A stretch of 64,000 nt of DNA from an uncultured Solirubrobacterales bacterium (GCA_963813175.1 CAWEXV010000001.1:702911-766910), one strand, 5' to 3'. Counted from the stretch's first letter, positions 21,137-30,943 are shown. Made by a program: numbers and translations. Notes: generated by a model not told the origin, from the letters alone.

Positions 21137-22018
21137 CTAGGTTTTGTTTGTGGGGGTGATTATCTCTCTCTCGTATGCCTCTGGGGAGAGGTAGCCGAGG
21201 GTGGAGTGTCGTCGTTGTCTGTTGTAGAACGCCTCGATGTACTCGAAGACGGCGGAGCTGAGGTCGCGTCTGGTGGGCCAGGGTTGGCGGTGCACGAGCT
21301 CTTTCTTGATGGTGGCGAAGAAGCTCTCGGCGACGGCGTTGTCGTAGGCGTCGCCCTTGGAGCCCATCGAGACGGCGATCCCGGCGTCGCGGGCTTGCTG
21401 CCCGAACGCAAGACTGACGTATTGCGAGCCCATATCGCTGTGATGCACGAGACCGGGCGCGGGGCGCCGGCGGGCGAGCGCCATCTGCAGCGCCTCGACG
21501 ACGAGCTCTGAGCGCATGTGCTCGGCCATCGCCCACCCCACGATCATCCGCGAGAACGTGTCTTGGACGGCGGCGAGGTAGAGCCAGCCCTCCCACGTTC
21601 GCAGATACGTAAGGTCCGCGACCCACAGCACGTTCGGGGCGGCCGGGGTGAACTGCCGGTCGACCAGATCATCGGCGACCCTGACACCTGGCACCCTGAT
21701 CGTCGTCTTCCCGCGTTTGACCCGCACCAGCCCTGAGATCCCGGCCCGGCGCATAAGGCGCCGCACCCGCTTGCGCGAGACCTGGATGCCATCTCCCAGG
21801 CGCAGCTCGGCCGCTACCCGCCGGGAGCCGTAGACGCCCCTGGCCTGCTCGTGGATCTCCTTGATCCTCGAGGTCAGCCACGCATCGGAGAGCGCCCTGT
21901 CGCTTGGGACCCTGCGCTCCCACCCGTGGTAGCCAGAACGGCTCACACCGAGGACCTCGCACATCACAGAGACTGGGAAACTGGCCCTCTCCGCCGAGAT
22001 GATCCGGTAGGCGCTCAC
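21137..22018 (-). CDS. IS3 transposase OrfB (DDE)
   Basis: YGSRR, WVADLTY, HHSDMGSQY, DNAVAESFF, YNRQRRHS. Confidence 0.95.
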   Translation of the reverse strand: MSAYRIISAERASFPVSVMCEVLGVSRSGYHGWERRVPSDRALSDAWLTSRIKEIHEQARGVYGSRRVAAELRLGDGIQVSRKRVRRLMRRAGISGLVRVKRGKTTIRVPGVRVADDLVDRQFTPAAPNVLWVADLTYLRTWEGWLYLAAVQDTFSRMIVGWAMAEHMRSELVVEALQMALARRRPAPGLVHHSDMGSQYVSLAFGQQARDAGIAVSMGSKGDAYDNAVAESFFATIKKELVHRQPWPTRRDLSSAVFEYIEAFYNRQRRHSTLGYLSPEAYEREIITPTNKT

Positions 22019-22308
22019 CGGGTCTCGGTCTCCGCTGCGAAAAGGACCGCGGCTCGCTTGAGGATCTCGCGCTCCTGCTCCAAGCGTTTGACCCGCTTGC
22101 GCAGCTCACGGAGCTCTTCGCGCTCCGCGCTCGTCAGCCCGTCATCGCGCTCCCGATGATCGAGCTGGCGCTGCTTGACCCAGTTATGCAGCGACTGATC
22201 GCTGCAACCCAGGCTCTCAGCCACATCCTTCACCGCCCGGCCAGCGAGCACCAGCTCGACAGCCTGGCGGCGGAACTCCGGCGGATACGGCGGCTTCGTT
22301 CGCGGCAT
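22015..22308 (-). CDS. IS3 transposase OrfA
   Basis: YPPEFRRQAVEL, HTH, leucine-zipper EREELRELRKRVKRLEQEREIL; GTGA overlap with orfB. Confidence 0.92.
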   Translation of the reverse strand: MPRTKPPYPPEFRRQAVELVLAGRAVKDVAESLGCSDQSLHNWVKQRQLDHRERDDGLTSAEREELRELRKRVKRLEQEREILKRAAVLFAAETETR

Positions 22309-22394
22309 GAACACATCCTTTCGCGTCCAAGCCAATCAAGCGCTCAACTGTCCGTCAGACGGGATCCACTCCAAGGAGCTTGTCTTGCGCGAGG

Positions 22395-23324
22395 TCACAG
22401 CCGCACTCGCGGAGCAGTTGAAGGTCGGCCTACGAACATTTGCGGAGAACGCCGCGGCGCATTAAGCGGATAACGCTGGCGCGGGGCTGCCGCAAACGAG
22501 GCAGTGGACCGGCCGATCCCATCCGTCGAGCACCTTGACGGGCTTGGTCGGGTGACACTCGAAGTCAACGCGGCGCATGTCGTCGGCCTCGGTCTGGCGT
22601 GCCGCAACCGGGCGGGGAGGTCTTCGATGTCGAACAGCCCTGCCGCGCGCAGTTCTTCGAGCGTGTCCTGGACCGGCGGCGCTGAAGGCGCCAGCTGTCG
22701 GCCGTGAACCAGGGTGTCTTTGCGTGCCCGGTCGCTTCCTGTGGCGCGCTCCAAGACGCTCGCCAGCGACTCCTCGCCGGACGATGGGTCGTGTTCGGAC
22801 CAGGCGACCTCGCCGCCGGCCGCGAGCAGCGCGAAGGCGTAGGTGGCCCTTTGTAGCGCTTGTGGGTCCCCGCCAAGACGCCGACGCATCAGGCCCGTCG
22901 AGGGAGAGAAGTGGCCCTTGCGTGGGCCGCGCGTGAGCAGTTCGGCGGCATGACCTGGGTCTTCGCTGTCCCGGATGGCCCGGCGAACCATGCCGGACAC
23001 CGTGTCGAGGATCGCCGCCAGCGATCCCCGTAGGGCATTTGGCTCTACCCAGCCTCCGTGCCAGGCCACGAGGACACGCCGCTCATCGAATCGCCGCTCG
23101 CTGGCACCCACGCGCATCACGAGCGCGAGCTGATCGACCTCCGAGGCGCGGTAGCGGCTGTGCGAGCCGCGTCTACCGGCCGGGTGGTCCTGGCCGAGGC
23201 AGCGCAGCATGCCCTCTGCGCGCAGCCGCTTGGCCTGGCGAGGACTCGCCGGATAGCCACGCTCTGCCGCAGCGGCCAGCAGTTCGTCGAGGGAGATCGT
23301 GTCGTCTGTATGGGCGGCGGGCAT
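22395..23324 (-). CDS. Hypothetical protein with N-terminal HTH-like segment; C-terminus possibly frameshifted
   Basis: Protein-like composition to about residue 235, then Arg/Pro-rich. Confidence 0.5.
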   Translation of the reverse strand: MPAAHTDDTISLDELLAAAAERGYPASPRQAKRLRAEGMLRCLGQDHPAGRRGSHSRYRASEVDQLALVMRVGASERRFDERRVLVAWHGGWVEPNALRGSLAAILDTVSGMVRRAIRDSEDPGHAAELLTRGPRKGHFSPSTGLMRRRLGGDPQALQRATYAFALLAAGGEVAWSEHDPSSGEESLASVLERATGSDRARKDTLVHGRQLAPSAPPVQDTLEELRAAGLFDIEDLPARLRHARPRPTTCAALTSSVTRPSPSRCSTDGIGRSTASFAAAPRQRYPLNAPRRSPQMFVGRPSTAPRVRL

Positions 23325-23415
23325 GACGGATCAGGGGTCCGCGAAACACGAGCAACGGTACACGACCGTACTGCTTCGATCCAGCAACGACCTATGCCGA
23401 AAGGAGGTGATCGTG

Positions 23416-23538
23416 ATGGCAGAACTCTGGGCGTTTGCCCTCGTTGTCCTTGCTGCGCTCGCGTGGGAGCGCTACGCGCAGCACCCCACGGCGCGCAATC
23501 TACGCGCCGCCATCGCCGCGACGCTGGGGCTCTGGTGA
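23416..23538 (+). CDS. 40-aa hydrophobic peptide (type I toxin-like)
   Basis: MAELWAFALVVLAALAWERYAQHPTARNLRAAIAATLGLW behind the strong RBS aaggaggtga (23401-23410). Confidence 0.6.
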   Translation: MAELWAFALVVLAALAWERYAQHPTARNLRAAIAATLGLW

Positions 23539-23985
23539 GCTTCGCGCGAGCCAAGGTCCGTGGCAAAACACCGAGGCACAAGCTCCACGTCGCGGAGAGC
23601 GCCACGCCGCAGGACTGGGCGTGGCGCCACTACCCGCGCGAGGTCCACGGAGGCCTGAAAGCAAATGCTCAGCACCTCGCAGAGACGGGGGCGTGCGGCC
23701 CCGCCCGCCCATGCGAGCCCGCACACCCCACCAGCGCGCCCGAGGAGAACCCAGCAAAATGGACGATAGGCACGCCGGGGGTCGGACGTGTGACCGGCGC
23801 GTCAAGCGTGCGGTCCTTCACGATGGACCGGCTGCTGCCAAACCTGCCGGCAGCCAATCGAGCTCGACATTACGGGCTGTCAGGAATCCCGGAGAACCCA
23901 CTGGAATCGGCGATGTGTGCGTGACAAACCCAAGCGCCAGCGGAGAACGCCACGTCCTGCCTGGCGACGCGACGTTCCCGCTACT

Positions 23986-24306
23986 TCAGTGCTGCTCGAC
24001 TGCGATGACCGGCTCCGTCCCAGCAGGGTCCGGGTCGCTCATATCGAGACCATGCCCAACTCGTCCAGATACTGGGCGCACCGGGACGACCACACATACT
24101 CCTCGTCGAGGTCCACAAACGCCCCCTTCTTGCAGGCGCTTCAGCGCCTTGTTGATGGTGCGACCCTTGATGTCGTATATCTCGCGCTTCAGTTCCTTAC
24201 GGGTCCACCGTTCGTGGTGATCATCGCGGAGGACCTGCAAGACGATCGCCCTCTCGGCGACCCCTGGGTCATCGACCCACTTCGGATCGTTACGCTTCTT
24301 TCGCAT
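23986..24306 (-). CDS. Small winged-helix-like hypothetical protein
   Basis: ggagg RBS; AERAIVLQVL...WTRKELKREI...INKALKRL. Confidence 0.5.
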   Translation of the reverse strand: MRKKRNDPKWVDDPGVAERAIVLQVLRDDHHERWTRKELKREIYDIKGRTINKALKRLQEGGVCGPRRGVCVVVPVRPVSGRVGHGLDMSDPDPAGTEPVIAVEQH

Positions 24307-24442
24307 CGGGACTGACCTCCTGGTGCCAGGCCCCCGGCTGTTTGCGCAGCGCGGGGGCCACTTTTTTGTTGGGACAGCATACACAGAATAGAACGTTATT
24401 GGTTCTGGACGTGATTGGCTGTATCACGGAGGATCGGGACCT

Positions 24443-24652
24443 GTGGAGCCCAAGGTCATCGTCGGCAAGAACATCCGCGCCAACCGCCTCCGCCTCAAGC
24501 TCACCCAAGAAGCACTCGCCGAACGCTCCAACATGCACCCCGTCGAGGTCGGCCGAGCCGAGCGCGGCGTCCGCGACCTACAGGTCTCCACCATCGCCAA
24601 GATCGCCCACGGCCTCGGGGTTCCCGCCAGCGAACTGCTACGCGGCGTCTGA
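24443..24652 (+). CDS. XRE-family HTH regulator
   Basis: VGKNIRANRLRLKLTQEALAE...VGRAERG...TIAKIAHGLGV. Confidence 0.88.
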   Translation: MEPKVIVGKNIRANRLRLKLTQEALAERSNMHPVEVGRAERGVRDLQVSTIAKIAHGLGVPASELLRGV

Positions 24653-24873
24653 CTCGTTCCCGCCACCTGGCTCTGGCTCGACCCGAGAAAGTGGCGGCCC
24701 GGGTGTCCGCCCGGGCCGCCGAGAGCATCGAGAGCGAAGCGCGGGAGGCGCAGCGCACGGCCATCCTTGCATGTCCAGCGGATGACGTCCGACCCTGTGG
24801 TCAAAGTACACGCGACCGCTCCGGCGAGTCGTCCTGTGTCCGCAGGCAGCCCGAATGGAGAAACGAGCATCAA

Positions 24874-25032
24874 ATGGCACGTGTAGCTCCCTATCACACC
24901 GCACGTCCCGAGACCGGAGGCGAGCGGAACGTCTACCACAACGACGACCAATGCCCGCGTGGGAAGGAAATCGCGCCGGAGGATCTGCGCCAGGGTACAG
25001 CTGACCGTCCGTTGTGCAAGGTCTGTCAATAG
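24874..25032 (+). CDS. 52-aa His/Cys-rich small protein
   Basis: MARVAPYHT...VYHNDDQC...RPLCKVCQ. Confidence 0.55.
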   Translation: MARVAPYHTARPETGGERNVYHNDDQCPRGKEIAPEDLRQGTADRPLCKVCQ

Positions 25033-25039
25033 GCGCAAG

Positions 25040-25420
25040 GCGCGCAGAACGGCAGCTCCCAGTGGGGGCCTCCGGGCTCCCAGCACGGCCGACCTGCCAG
25101 TAGCGACGAAGTTCGCTCACAAGTAGTTCGCGCCGCACGGCGTCAGCGAGGGCACGGAAGCCCTCGCTGTTGTCCCCGTAGAAGCGAACCGTCGGCTCTA
25201 TGAAAGCCATGCCCTTCGGTGCTCTCGCAAGACTCGAACGTCTCGATTCCGGCCGCGTCAATGACATCGACATACGGCGCGATCCCAGCGTCCAGAGTGG
25301 CGAGCCAATCCTCCCGCGACAGAGCCTCGCCATCGACCGGGGCGAGGAGATCGAGCTCGGTTTCCTTGGCGCAATAAAGCAGCGCCTCGAACAGCGCTCG
25401 GGACTTGCCGACCTTCGAGC
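25040..25420 (-). pseudogene. Frameshifted/chimeric remnants (P-loop-like fragment plus small conserved-looking protein)
   Basis: VVAVGSSKVGKSRALFE and LDAGIAPYVDVIDAAGIETFESCE in one frame; EPTVRFYGDNSEGFRALA...LRRYW continues in another frame. Confidence 0.45.
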
Positions 25421-25809
25421 TGCCGACCGCAACGACGATCCACAGCTCGCCGTCATTCAGGGCCGACCGAGATCTCCGCGCGCCTTGGCTACCGCCAAGG
25501 AGATGAGCGCGGCGGAGGCGACGGTATCGGCTGCCGCTGGGTGGGCCGCGGCCTCGCTCGGGTGTAGGCGGGGGCTGTCCTCGTTCTTGTCGCGCCACGC
25601 GTCGGGCTGGGCGTCGTGCGGGTGTCCCGGTCCCGCACCCCCGTTTTGGCTCTGGGATGCGGGTTTGCTTGCTTTCGGGGTCACGGGTTTGTGTGGGGTC
25701 GGGTTCTTGACCACCCCCCTCTCAGCTTCGCTTTCGATGGTGGTGGTCAAGAACCTGGGTGGGTTGGATTGAAAGCAAGCAAAGCAGTGGTTGGTAGGGG
25801 GCGCGGGAC

Positions 25810-25897
25810 CGGAATGGATAGATGAGAGAGAAGAAGAAGAGAGATGGATAGACAGATGGAGAGATAAGAAAAAAACAAAAACAAAAACAAAGAAGCA
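25810..25897 (+). repeat. Purine-rich low-complexity tract
   Basis: ggaatggatagatgagagagaagaagaagagagatggatagacagatggagagataagaaaaaaacaaaaacaaaaacaaagaag. Confidence 0.85.
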
Positions 25898-26068
25898 GGG
25901 GCGGGGGCGGCGGCTGGGTTGGGCGTGGCGCGTGGTGTCCCGGGGGCGTCGGCCGACTCGCGGGGCTCGTCGGCCTAGGCGACGTGACGAGCAGCTTGAC
26001 AGCGACGTGACAAGCGTTATGATGGGCAGCATGCTGGTGACGTCGTTCGATTGCAAAGGAGCCTTCTG

Positions 26069-26437
26069 ATGGCTGATCGTTCTCCTCGTGTGTTGGGTCG
26101 TGCCTCTCGTGGTGTCGTGTCAGATATCGACAAGCAGCTCTCCGTGATCGACGGCGAGCTCGGGCGCTACGAGCAGCTGCTCACAGAGCGCGAGCGCCTA
26201 CGGGCCGCACGAGCAGCACTCACGGGGGAGCACCCTGGGCAGATCTCCCAGGACGACGTCGCGGGGTACCTCGCCGAGCACCCGGGTGTCCGCGCGGGGG
26301 AGATCGCGAAGGCGCTGGGGGTGCCGCTCGCGACGGTCTCCTCGCATCTGTATCGCGGGAAGCGCACCAGGTTCCTGAAGGGCGAGGACGGCTGGCATCT
26401 ACGCGAGCAGCGGCCCAAGCCGGGAGGCTCGCGGTGA
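26069..26437 (+). CDS. Coiled-coil plus winged-helix DNA-binding protein
   Basis: aaggag RBS; HPGVRAGEIAKALGVPLATVSSHL...GW. Confidence 0.7.
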   Translation: MADRSPRVLGRASRGVVSDIDKQLSVIDGELGRYEQLLTERERLRAARAALTGEHPGQISQDDVAGYLAEHPGVRAGEIAKALGVPLATVSSHLYRGKRTRFLKGEDGWHLREQRPKPGGSR

Positions 26438-26527
26438 GCCCTTTGCGAAGGACACACACCGCCGGCTACCGCCCTGTCAGCCACCGCGCCGCGGCGCCCC
26501 AGCGGCGGTAGCGGCGGTAGCGGCGGG

Positions 26528-27135
26528 GTGTTGTTGCGTACTCGCGATTTGATGGTGTTGGGGTGGCTGGGGGAGCAGTACGCCGCGAGGGTGGACCATC
26601 TCGAAGTGCTCCTCGGCGCGGGCCACAGGACGGTGGGGCGAGTCATCGCGCGGATGCGCGAACAGGGCCTCCTGGGCACCCGCCGGATTCTTGTGGGGGA
26701 GCCAGCGTGGGTGCTGCCCACCAGGGCGGGGTTGCGGGCGTGTGGGGGTCGCCTTACCGGGTGTGGGCACCAAAGGTGGGACAGCTCGCGCACGTAGCGG
26801 CAATGAACGAGGTGCGGTTGCACGTCCAGGCGCGCTCCCCGTAGACGGTGTGGATCCCCGAGCGTCAGCTCCCCCTGGAAAAGACCCCGGTGGAGCACCT
26901 GCCCGATGGGCTGGCGATCACCGATGGGCGGCGCGTCGCGATCGAGGTGGAGCTGACAGCGAAAAGCCACCAGCGGATCCAGGGCATCCTGGATGAGTTG
27001 AACGCCCGTTTCGACGCGGTCCTGTATTTCTGTGCGCCCGCGCCGCACCGCCAGCTCACAAGGCTCGCCGAGACAGGCCGCTGGCCCAGCCTGGGGGTCC
27101 GCGAGCTACCTACCCAACCCCAACCCGAGCCGTGA
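26528..27135 (+). pseudogene. Replication-relaxation family relaxase, one frameshift and one in-frame TAG
   Basis: WLGEQY...WVLPTRAGL, frameshift to LAHVAAMNEVRL, CCG-TAG-ACG, then HLPDG...AIEVELTAKS. Confidence 0.75.
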
Positions 27136-28553
27136 GTGCCCCCGTGCACTCCCGGCGCGCAGTGCTCTCCCGCTGGTCCCGCCTCCATCAGACACCGCGC
27201 GGGCGCTACCCGCCACAACAGGCGGAGGAGTCCCCCGAGGTGGTCCTCGTGGGCGAAGCGGACGGCGAGCGCGGCGTGGTCCTCGCGACGTGCATCTCCG
27301 GGGAGCGAGCGCTGCCCCTCGACGGGCAGCTCGTCGTGCTCTCCCAGGGGCGGCTGTGCCGCCACGTGCTGGTGTGCGGCGCGACAGGGTCGGGGAAGAC
27401 CGAGACGCTGCTGCGCCTAGCGTGGACGATCGCGAAGACCACGGGGGCGCCGGTGTTCTACCTCGACGGCAAAGGGGACAGGGAGACCGCGGGCCGCTTC
27501 TGCGGGCTGATGGCAGACGCCGGGCGCACCCCCAGGGTATTTCCGGGGGAGCCGTTTGATGGGTGGCGGGGGGAGGCGCACGAGATCCGCGGGCGCCTGA
27601 TGGAGATCGTGGACTACGCGAGCGACGGTCCGGCGTCGTGGTACCGCGACCTCGCAAAGACCGTTCTGGGCCTCGTGTGTGAGCACCCGGCAGGGCCTCC
27701 GCGCTCGAGCACGGAGGTGCTGTTGCGGATGGACCACGAAATGCTCGCCCACACGCACCCGGCCTCCACGGCGATCGCGGCGCTCACGGCGCAGCAGGTG
27801 CGTCAGGTGCGGCTGCGCTATGAGGCGTTCTTCGGTGAGACCCGCGGCGCACTCGACGGAGGATGGGCGTGGGAGGACACAAACGCCGCGTACCTCCTGC
27901 TGGACTCCCTCGCGTTGCGCGAGGAGACCGCTGGCCTGGCGAGGTTCCTGTTCGAGGACTTCGCGCACTACTTCACCAGCCGCAAACCACGTCGGGAGTT
28001 CTGTGTCCTGATCGTCGACGAGTTCTCCGCCCTCGCCACGGGCGGCGGGATGGCGGGCAGGGTCGAGCAGGCGAGGGGGTTCAACACCAGTCTGATCCTC
28101 GCGCCGCAGGTCGTCGCGGGGATGGGCGATGAAACAGAGGCCGCACGGATCCTCGGGAGCATCGAGACCGTCGTCTGCCACCGTGTGAACACCCCTGAGG
28201 AGATCATCGCGCTCGCGGGCACCAGACGGGTGATGGAGTACAGCACCCAGATCTCCCCCGAGGGGCCAACGGGCGAAGGGTCGGCGAGGCTGCAGCACCA
28301 GTACAAGATCGACCCCAACCAGGTCCGCGGGCTGGCGCCCGGGGAAGCGTTCCTGGTCAGCCGCGGCAGGGCGATGAAAGCGCAGATCCTCACAGCGCCG
28401 GCGCTCACCGCACCGCTGCCCGCTTCGCCAGCCGGCGCAGGGACGCCCTCCGAGCCCCCCGAGGGCGGCCCGAAAAAACTTTCCGGGGAGGGTGTCCCGT
28501 CCGGGGGCGCACCGTCGGATAAGGGAAAAGGAGCAACCGACCTCCCCTACTAA
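27132..28553 (+). CDS. VirD4/TraD-like type IV coupling protein
   Basis: HVLVCGATGSGKTE, YLDGKGD, IVDEFS; GTGA overlap with the relaxase stop. Confidence 0.85.
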   Translation: MSAPVHSRRAVLSRWSRLHQTPRGRYPPQQAEESPEVVLVGEADGERGVVLATCISGERALPLDGQLVVLSQGRLCRHVLVCGATGSGKTETLLRLAWTIAKTTGAPVFYLDGKGDRETAGRFCGLMADAGRTPRVFPGEPFDGWRGEAHEIRGRLMEIVDYASDGPASWYRDLAKTVLGLVCEHPAGPPRSSTEVLLRMDHEMLAHTHPASTAIAALTAQQVRQVRLRYEAFFGETRGALDGGWAWEDTNAAYLLLDSLALREETAGLARFLFEDFAHYFTSRKPRREFCVLIVDEFSALATGGGMAGRVEQARGFNTSLILAPQVVAGMGDETEAARILGSIETVVCHRVNTPEEIIALAGTRRVMEYSTQISPEGPTGEGSARLQHQYKIDPNQVRGLAPGEAFLVSRGRAMKAQILTAPALTAPLPASPAGAGTPSEPPEGGPKKLSGEGVPSGGAPSDKGKGATDLPY

Positions 28554-28573
28554 AAGGCAAAAGGAGCCGAACG

Positions 28574-29026
28574 GTGATACCGCCCCTTCCCCTATACACC
28601 GAGCCCCCTCCCGGACAACCAGCCGCGGGCCCCCAGTTCGCGTCGCTGGGGCTCTACGCGATGACCCTCGCACTGGAAATACCCGTGATCCTGCTACGCC
28701 TCATCACCACGGCCGTCATCGCGATGATCGCACTCGCAATAACCGGGCACAACGCGGCGAGCGCGGGGAGGATCGCAGAGCTGATGTTGCTCCCCACCAT
28801 GTGGTCGATCTTCGCGATCGCCAACCCCGTGGGCAGCGGCTGGTGGTACAAGCAATATACAGGAGGACGCGACCCCTCCCAGCGCGAGGAATGGGCCTAC
28901 CAGCACGCGATCAAGCAACTCCAGGCCCGGAGCGCCACGCCGCTGCCGCAGCCCGCCCGGTGGTTTGTCGTTGATCACTTCGGGCAGGGAGGACCCTGCC
29001 CGAAGTCAGGCCACACACAACTATGA
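28574..29026 (+). pseudogene. Truncated M48/HtpX-like peptidase (N-terminal part only)
   Basis: TM helices then GRDPSQRE...LPQPARWFVVD; no HExxH follows and similarity stops at the 28977 hairpin. Confidence 0.45.
28977..29006. other. Perfect 13-bp hairpin at a gene-truncation junction
   Basis: acttcgggcaggg-agga-ccctgcccgaagt. Confidence 0.85.
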
Positions 29027-29145
29027 AAAGCAGTGGCAGCGCCACCCCACCACAAAACCAACACACCCCAGACACAGTGAAACCCAAGACCGAAAACGCG
29101 CCAGCTTTCACCACAAAAACCACAACCCCCGGTAAAATTAACCAA

Positions 29146-29697
29146 ATGGCACGAATCCCCCGCCACAACACACACGCCCGCGTGGGCTGGGCGCGCATAC
29201 GACGCGCGGCAAACGACCTCACCCCCCAGACGATCGAGCAGATCGCCCAGCGCGTCGCGCAACTCCTCACAAGACCCAATACAACGCTCACGGACACACA
29301 CTCCATCACCGGCGCGCCCGCCCCCTCCAGCGTCCCCGGTGCCTCCGACGCAACCCCACCCGTCGCGCTGCTCACCGCCGGCCAACTCGCCCAACAGCTC
29401 GGCGTCACCCGCGCATGGGTCTACGAAAACGCACACCGCCTCGGAGCGATCCGGCTCGGCAACGGACCCCGCGCCCGACTCCGCTTCAACCCCAACACCG
29501 CAACAGGAGCCCTCAACAGCAGCCCAACCCCACACACCCCCACCGACACCCCACCCGCGCCCCAAACCCGCCGCCCAGGGCGCCCCCGCCGCCAAAGCGA
29601 ACCCACCCTGCCGCTGCTACCCGTCCACGAACCACACCGCCGCGCGCTCACCCGCCGCCTGCACCCCATCCGCCTGCACCCCACCCACACCCGGTAG
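29146..29697 (+). CDS. Excisionase-like HTH protein
   Basis: LLTAGQLAQQLGVTRAWVYENA...RLRF, directly upstream of the integrase. Confidence 0.7.
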   Translation: MARIPRHNTHARVGWARIRRAANDLTPQTIEQIAQRVAQLLTRPNTTLTDTHSITGAPAPSSVPGASDATPPVALLTAGQLAQQLGVTRAWVYENAHRLGAIRLGNGPRARLRFNPNTATGALNSSPTPHTPTDTPPAPQTRRPGRPRRQSEPTLPLLPVHEPHRRALTRRLHPIRLHPTHTR

Positions 29698-29704
29698 ACC
29701 CACG

Positions 29705-30943
29705 ATGGCGCGCCAAGCAACAGGACAGGTACTCGAACGCAAAGGCAAGCACGGAACCACGTACGCCACCCGCGTGAGCGCCTACAACCAACGCCACTAC
29801 CTCACCCTCGGCCACTCGTGGGAGGGGTACACCCGCCGCCAAGCAGAAACAGAGATACAGAACATCCTCGCCGACATCCGCCGCGGCACCTGGCAACCAC
29901 CCCAACCCCAGGCCGCCCCCAAGCCCCAGGAAGACCCCACCTTCCACGAGTTCGCCTCACAGTGGCTGGAGGGCCTGCGCCACGAGCTGGCGCCAAGGAC
30001 GATCGAAGACTACGAGCTGACTCTCAGCCACCACCTGCTGCCCTTCTTCAAAGACCACAACCTCACGCAGATCACCGCGCAGGAGGCCGACCGCTACAAG
30101 ACCGCGAAGGTCCGCGAACGCGAGCAGAGCGCGGTCGAGCGGCCCCTGAGCAACCGCACGATCAACAAGACCCTCACCCGCCTCGGCCAGATCCTCGACG
30201 TCGCCGTGCGCTACGAGCTGATCCCCCACAACCCGGTCAAGAGCAGGGTGACCAAGCTCAAGGAGCGCCCGCCGGCCCGCGCGCGCATGCAGGGCCACCA
30301 GGTCCAGGCGCTCCTCAAACACGCGGGACGCCACCGCGCACTGCTCGCCACCGCGATCATGGCGGGCGGGCTGCGCGTCTCGGAGCTCATCAACCTCCGC
30401 TGGCGAGACCTGGACCTCACTGGCGCCGTCCTGCACGTGCCGGTGTCAAAGACCGAGGCCGGGCTGCGCCCCGTGCACCTTGAGCCTGAGCTGGTGGCGC
30501 TGCTGCGCAAACACAAGCTCGCCTCCCGCTGGAGCCAGCCCGAGGACTTCATCTTCCCCGGCCGCTACCGCGAGCGCCCCCGCGAGCGCAACAGCGTCCG
30601 CACGCGCTCATTGCACACCAGCGTCAAGAACGCCAGCAAGGCCCTCGAAAAGGAAGGCCAGGCGCCGATCCCCGACGGCATCACCTTCCACTCCCTGCGC
30701 CACACCTACGCCGCGCTGCGCGCCGAACTCGGCGAGCACCCCGCGATCACCGCCGCACAGATGGGCCACATCGACCCCCGCATGACGCTGCGCGTCTATA
30801 CCGACGTGACCGGCCAACACCCCCAAACCCGCATGGCCGGCCTGCTCGGCAGCACTCAGTGGACGACTGCCCCGGAGAAGCCAGCAACCGACGCAACCGA
30901 AGCCGACGACAACCCATCCAAGGAACAGCGTGCCGCGAGCTGA
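29705..30943 (+). CDS. int: Tyrosine recombinase / integrase
   Basis: GLRVSELINLRW, SKT, FHSLRHTY, GH...TLRVY; ATG at 29705. Confidence 0.95.
   Translation: MARQATGQVLERKGKHGTTYATRVSAYNQRHYLTLGHSWEGYTRRQAETEIQNILADIRRGTWQPPQPQAAPKPQEDPTFHEFASQWLEGLRHELAPRTIEDYELTLSHHLLPFFKDHNLTQITAQEADRYKTAKVREREQSAVERPLSNRTINKTLTRLGQILDVAVRYELIPHNPVKSRVTKLKERPPARARMQGHQVQALLKHAGRHRALLATAIMAGGLRVSELINLRWRDLDLTGAVLHVPVSKTEAGLRPVHLEPELVALLRKHKLASRWSQPEDFIFPGRYRERPRERNSVRTRSLHTSVKNASKALEKEGQAPIPDGITFHSLRHTYAALRAELGEHPAITAAQMGHIDPRMTLRVYTDVTGQHPQTRMAGLLGSTQWTTAPEKPATDATEADDNPSKEQRAAS

Larger units (their letters stand above)
21095..22373 (-). mobile_element. IS3-family insertion sequence
   Basis: Imperfect terminal IRs tggagtgga(c/t)cc...cggacagt; orfA + orfB; no flanking direct repeat. 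Confidence 0.92.

Noticed and set aside
25457-26056. 199-aa ORF with an FFVFVF run as a membrane protein
   Set aside because: The hydrophobic run is just the reverse complement of the purine-rich tract
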